Source: Octopus sinensis
Taxonomy: Eukaryota
Assembly: GCF_006345805.1 (NCBI RefSeq)
Contig: NW_021832106.1
Location: 1-58,146 of the forward strand
Direction of reading: 5' to 3'
DNA: 58,146 nt
The position numbers and the translations under genes were made by a program. The notes under the pieces were generated by a model. The model was not told the origin of the DNA, did no database searches, and saw only the letters and a list, made by a program, of their open reading frames with translations. This document shows, one piece after another, positions 52,875 through 58,146 of the stretch; position 1 is the stretch's first letter; the number at the start of each line of letters is the position of its first letter.

Positions 52875-53949
52875 TGTCACATGGGTGATCAGACCCCTAT
52901 GGGCAACCTGGCCTTTACGTGTTTCCATGGCAACTACATAGCAAATATTTACTAAAAGGCCAACTAATATAAAGGCAAACGATACGAACTAATGATTGAA
53001 CTTTAAATTTTCGAGAAAATGATGTTTTATATTTGAACCATGCTTGCTTTAAAATAGTAAAATTATTTACAACATTAGCAAATTATAATGTGAATTATTT
53101 TTATTTTTGATAATATAAATTGCAACATTAGCAAATTATAATTTACATCAAATTTTTAGGCAAATTTGTAACAACTTTAACTCTAACCTTAACCCAAACC
53201 CTAACGTTGGCAAGTGACAACATAAATATTCAAAATCTAACCCTAACGTTGGCAAGTGACAACATAAATATTCAAAATCTAACCCTAACCTTAACCCAAA
53301 CCCTAACGTTGGCAAGTGACAACATAAATATTCAAAATCTAACCCTAACCTTAACCCAAACCCTAACGTTGGCAAGTGACAACATAAATATATTCAAAAT
53401 CTAACCCTAACCTTAACCCAAACCCTAACGTTGGCAAGTGACAACATAAATATATTCAAAATCTAACCCTAACCTTAACCCAAACCCTAACGTTGGCAAG
53501 TGACAACATAAATATTCAAAATCTAACCCTAACCCTAACGTAGCCCTAACTCGAAATTAAATGATGTTTCTGCTGACGATTCTTCAGGCATTTTTGACAA
53601 AAATTGGAAGCCTTTTTGGCCAACCGGTGTTTGCTTCGAGCATTCATATCCTCCGGGAATATCCCGATTAACGTTTCCTTAATTTGATTGTATTCGTTAA
53701 TATTTCTGACGTAACCCTTAAACCCAGACATCACAAAGTGTGAGTAACCACGCTGTTAAAATTAATATACTTTTGGGTAAGCCATTTTTAAAAGATAATT
53801 CAAATGTAATTTTTAATTAGAGTAATTGATTAATCTACACTCTTCCAAATATAAATTGCTATATTCAATATTTAATACCTTTTCTGTGGTTTCCATAGAA
53901 ACACGTAAAAGGACTGGCTGCCCATAGCGACCTAGTCGCCCATGTGACA
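52875..53949 (-). mobile_element. Ginger-like deletion derivative (1075 bp)
   Basis: About 60-bp imperfect TIRs TGTCACATGGG.., TSD TATTA at 52870-52874 and 53950-53954. ORF MSGFKGYVRNINEYNQIKETL..FPE..KHRL is homologous to MSSYKGYVKNSLEYQILKDVL..FPE..KYRL at 23540. Confidence 0.85.
53181..53548 (+). repeat. About 60-bp tandem repeat (6-7 units) rich in CCCTAA-type hexamers
   Basis: Unit ccctaaccttaacccaaaccctaacgttggcaagtgacaacataaatattcaaaatctaa, with one 42-bp short unit. Confidence 0.95.
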
Positions 53950-53983
53950 TATTATTTTATTAGTACCTCGAGGGAAACCATTA

Positions 53984-54742
53984 CAGTGCAACCCCTTATT
54001 GGGGCGACCCCGGACGTGGGGCACCCTCGGGTTTTGGGGCAATTTGAATTTCTATTAGGAATTTTTCTGTTTATTCTTTATAAGATAAACCCCGTTATGG
54101 GGCATTTAATATTATATATTTTTTAGTTATAATTTTTGAATTTTATTTTATAATAACTAATAATAACGTGTTTCTGTTGTTATCCCGAAGAGAATTTCTG
54201 TCAAAGACAAATTAGAGATTGCAAGGCTTTAAAAACGAAAAATATGTCTGAAAGACAAGTTTTAAACAAATTCAAGACAAGCAAAGGGACTATTTCTAGA
54301 ATCAAACGAGAAATATGTAATTTTGATGGATGTGAAGGTTCTGAGGGCTTTAGAGAACCCAATAATAGTGATAAACATTCATAAATTTTTTTATATTTGC
54401 CTAAAAATACTACTCCGCTGCTTCAACCGCTTGACATGGGAATAATTCGCTCATTCAAAACATGTTACTCACATGAACTGGTTAAATTCATGTTTTTTTA
54501 AAGGCAAAGAATTAATATTAAATGGTATTCACTGTAGATAAATAAATCTTTTAAGGCCTATCAAATATAAATATGAGAAATCCCGACAAGTAAAGACTAA
54601 AATTGTTAAATGAAATTAAGAATAAACATCTTTTGGTTTTAAATTACAAAACGTTAGTTTTTTTTGTTAATATTAGAAAACCCTCTATCTGGGGAAACCC
54701 CTGTTTTTGGGGCATTAGGTGGCCCAAAAAGAGGTTAGACTG
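53984..54742 (+). mobile_element. pogo/Tigger-like deletion derivative
   Basis: TA-flanked CAGTGCAACC / GGTTAGACTG; HTH start PKRISVKDKLEI; LPKNTTPLLQPLDMGIIRSFK. It splits the Tc1 codons GKPL|LSKRH. Confidence 0.85.
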
Positions 54743-55869
54743 TATTGTCAAAAAGGCACAAAAGAAACCGTTTACAATTTGCAAAAAAATATGTAAACAA
54801 AAATATGGATTTTTGGAATAGAATTCTGTGGTCAGATGAGACCAAAATCAATTTGTTCGAATCAGATGGAATTCAGCATGTGTGGCGCAAAAATGGCGAT
54901 GCACTAAATCCAAAATGCATAGTAGCTACAATGAAACATAAAGATATGGGGATCTATGAGCTCGCAAGGACCTGGTGAACTTTATATCATAAATGGGATC
55001 ATGAATGCAGACATGTACATTAATATACTTGAGGAAAAAATGATTCCCTTTATCAACGATCATTCAGGAAATCCGATTTTCCAACAAGATAACGATCCGA
55101 AGCATACTGCAAAGAAGACTAAAAGTTTTTTGACTTAAAAAAAAATCTTGCAATTGGACTGGCCGAGCATGTCGTCAGATTTAAATCCAATTGAACACCT
55201 ATGGTGCTATTTAAAAAGAAAAATTGAAACATTTGACGTCACAAATAAAAACAATCTAGAAAATTTAATTATTGAAGAATGGAAAAAAAATTCCATACGA
55301 AATGTATCAAATTGGTGGAATCAATGACTTCGAGACTAAAAGCAGTCATCAAAAATAAAGGAGGGCACACCAAATACTGACTTTTTAAATGGTGTACTAT
55401 TTATGAACCGGCAATTTTTCATGTTTTTGCTCACAGATATAAAATAAATTGATTTTTGGTTTAAAAAAAATAAAAATCATTAAATCAACTTTAATAGGAA
55501 CTAAATTGCATAAAATAGTTTAAGTAATTAACTATTAGTATCGAAAATTGATTTTATTTGTCAAAAAGTCAAGGGGTGTAATATTTTTGGACCATACTGT
55601 ATAAGTAAAAACACGCGTTTATTTTGCTACATTTAAGTTATATTTTAATTAAGTTGGTTCATTTGTGCATTTAATGAATGCCTTGGAGAGAAATTTTGTG
55701 GTTTTGTGGTGTTTTACATTTTCTGTAAAGTATCTCAATATAAAAGCTGTGCGTGGGGAAAGACCTTCCTACACTGTATCTAAGTCCCAGAAAAATCTTG
55801 TAGGGAAATTTTCCTACGCCCTAATGGGTTAAAAAGTCACTGCAAAACATCAAATCTCGAGTCTTCACG

Positions 55870-56085
55870 CAGAATTGCACACATTTGCAACGTGGAACTT
55901 AAGAGGTTTAAGCAAAGAGAAACTAGAAGTCGTAAAAAAGAGAAGGCTTAATATTGACCTGCTTGGAAACAAGGAGCTTCACTGGTTTGACAGTTGCTTT
56001 TTTCGTTCTGATGATTCTGTCATATATTTTTTTGGTTTCTTGAAATTGCGAATGACCGGGAGAGGTGAAGAAAATTAGCTTGAGA
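55870..56085 (+). pseudogene. RTE-type APE endonuclease N-terminal fragment
   Basis: FATWNLRGL..KLEVV...NIDLLG.KELHW...F.SDD.VIYFFG. Confidence 0.7.
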
Positions 56086-56323
56086 TCTCCAAGGGTTGGA
56101 CACGAATTAATTGGATAACCTAACCTAATTTTATAGAACATTTACATAAATTTAATTATAATTAAATTTGATAACCGAGTTATTTTACAATGAAAATAGG
56201 TCCTCAAAAAAGAAATTTTTTTGTTAATCGGTTTGAGGTTATAATTTTGTGGTTTTCATAATAATGAAATTATATACTAATAATTCTAAATTATAAAGCG
56301 TTAATAACTATTCATTTTGTTTG

Positions 56324-56949
56324 ATGGTTGTTTTTCTTTTACTTTTCATATTTTTATTTCGAATAAAATCAAATCCATATAAAATGGAAATAAGATTTGC
56401 AAATACTCTTGATTCTATAAACGTAAGATTTGATTGCAAAGAAAAAAAATTTCACGGTTTACTGGTTGATGTACGACAAGCTGGAGAACTTAAAAATATT
56501 AAAAATCAACATGTACTTCTTCTGGAAATAATAGATAATAATGCGGTTAATTTGATTAGAAATTCGTCAATTTCTTTTATTATAATGTTTGGAACAGAAA
56601 ATAAAACTCTAAATTCATTTGGTAAATAAAGTATTTGTTATCCATAGGAAATATTTGTATTGTACGCTGTGAATACTATATTGGATTTAAATTGCAGACA
56701 CTTTTGAATTTAAAAATCAAAATATTTGTCAATGTTGTTGATTATTTTAAATCTGAAAAAAATTTCATTGGGAAAAAGATTTACATTTTCCTTAGTAATG
56801 TTTCGTATGTTGCATTTGCTATATTGATTATGTATTGTTTATACAAACTTTTTAACGCTCAGAATCCTTTCCTTTTAGTACAACATTTCGTTCTAAAAGT
56901 ATCTAAATTTAAACAAAGATTTTTTAGAGGGCATTTAAAAAACGAGTAA
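56324..56949 (+). CDS. Orphan putative type-I membrane protein (199 aa, one 26-nt intron at 56622-56647)
   Basis: The frame is open after splicing: hydrophobic N-terminus MVVFLLLFIFLF, TM-like VSYVAFAILIMYCLY and a basic tail. No family recognised. Confidence 0.55.
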
Positions 56950-57261
56950 TAAATGACATCAATACTTTTCCTTGCCAAAAATATGAAGTATTTTAAATAC
57001 TTAACAATTCTAGAATGAATCGATTGAAATATTCTGCGCAATTTGTATATCTGAAATTTTGTGCGGTGAAATAGTTCGAACTATGCCATGCAAGTAAAAA
57101 AACAATATTTATATTTTATTTTAGTCATCAATTTCACAAAGATTGTATAGATCCTTGGCTTTTGATGAAAGGAAAATGTCCATTATGTCAAAAAACTTTT
57201 ATTTCTTTAGTTGAAGTATAAATAAAGTTAATCACTCTATAATAATTGTCGTAAGTTATAA

Positions 57262-58146
57262 TGTCTAGGCCCGTTCTAAGTGTCCGGAGTGATAAATCGG
57301 ATTTATCACTCCAAATCATCTAAATTCTTTGTAGATAATAAAATTTACAAACATTGTCCCAAACAGTCTCGTATAATATAAATTCAGTTTTCAACAGAGT
57401 CTGTATTCAACCGCTACAGATTCTGTGCAAACTCTTCCGGTCCTTATTTATGTGACGAAAAGGGTTTAGACGAGATGACCTTCTTTCAGTATAGAAGCAA
57501 CGTCTCCTATGTCGAATAAAACAAAGCAAAAGTTCACTTATATTATGAAACAATTTTTAAAGAAACATTACAAATTGATTGAATATAAAATGAAAATGTA
57601 ATTTTTTAAAAGTTAATTTTTTAATCATTGACTTTGGAATTGTCTTCCTTTCACCAGATGTGCAATTCTCAACGAGAACGGAATGCAGAGAAACTTCTTC
57701 CACTACTAGAAATTGTTCCTTGCTAAAAAAACTAGTGAGTGGATATTTTCTTGTTTTTATATTTTTATCGAAATCAATTTTAATTGTAACATTATCTCCA
57801 ATTGTGATATCTTTTTTTCGAAAATTTTTATTTGCGTCTTCTGTAACTTTTCTTTTATACTTTTCATTATGAGTTTTTTACTTCTAAGGATAATTCCGTT
57901 TCTTCCGATTCTGAGTTAATCTCTTCTTTTGCGCCTCCACATGGCAAAATATTAAAACCCGTTATTCCGTAAAATAGACTGGGTAAATAAAAAGAGACTA
58001 ACCAAAATGGTGACTTTCCAGTTGCGCGATGACAAGTTATGTTGTATTTATACACCACCTTCTGTAGAATTTCTCTCCACCTTATAGATTCTGTTGCGAA
58101 CAAAGTCTTCCCAACCAACGTTTGAGAGTTTGGTTATATCTTTCTA
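57262..58146 (-). mobile_element. 3' part of a third Ginger/Gypsy-integrase element, running off the window
   Basis: RWREILQKVVYKYNITCHRATGKSPF parallels WLEKLENAVYSYNISVHSSSNESPF; LFDIGDV; candidate terminus TGT at 57262 preceded by TATAA. Confidence 0.55.

Larger units (their letters stand above)
52564..55599 (+). mobile_element. Tc1-family (DD34E) transposon with long IR/DR-type ends, internally deleted, hosting two inserts
   Basis: TA-flanked TIR CAGTATGGTCCAAAAATATTACACCCC and inner repeat tggtccataaatagtacac; WSDETKINL, FQQDNDPKH, SDLNPIEHLW, GGHTKY*. Confidence 0.9.

Noticed and set aside
53181-53548. A real telomere or chromosome end
   Set aside because: The hexamers are embedded in 60-bp units inside a TIR element with TSDs, and normal sequence continues on both sides.
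55790-55832. piggyBac-like end (..CTAATGGG|TTAA)
   Set aside because: No matching opposite terminus or transposase was found; too short to call.

Overview
Animal (metazoan) nuclear DNA, AT-rich and dominated by transposon debris, with a few very compact genes. Four conserved host genes can be rebuilt by hand by removing ~23-31 nt spliceosomal introns: NDUFB6 (1903-2518, -), AGA (16134-17329, +), RAE1 (46052-47306, +) and a Rho-kinase ROCK (47561-52026, +). There is also an orphan type-I membrane protein gene (56324-56949) and a C-type-lectin pseudogene (38034-40155). Animal genes with such short introns point to a dicyemid mesozoan; this is an inference, and a myxozoan or another reduced parasite is the alternative. 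The rest is a nested mobilome. It holds a young non-autonomous Helitron family with a 94-95 bp internal minisatellite (about 7 copies or fragments, one array with a 3-unit higher-order repeat). It holds three TIR elements with a Gypsy-like integrase (Ginger-like); the two complete ones both have a 5-bp TATTA target duplication. There are several hAT elements, one nearly intact (1880 bp, perfect 8-bp TSD), plus Tc1, pogo and MULE remnants. There are many 5'-truncated LINEs (RTE, Jockey/I-like, R4-like), about 13 stubs of CRE-like restriction-endonuclease retroelements, and an unclassified dispersed repeat (here called family M). Most notable: DNA transposases of two superfamilies carry host-style 23-26 nt introns; the Ginger-like elements share the TATTA target; one Ginger derivative carries telomere-like repeats; and a four-level nest spans 20.7-30.6 kb. 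All gene models are manual reconstructions, and coordinates of degraded fragments are approximate.
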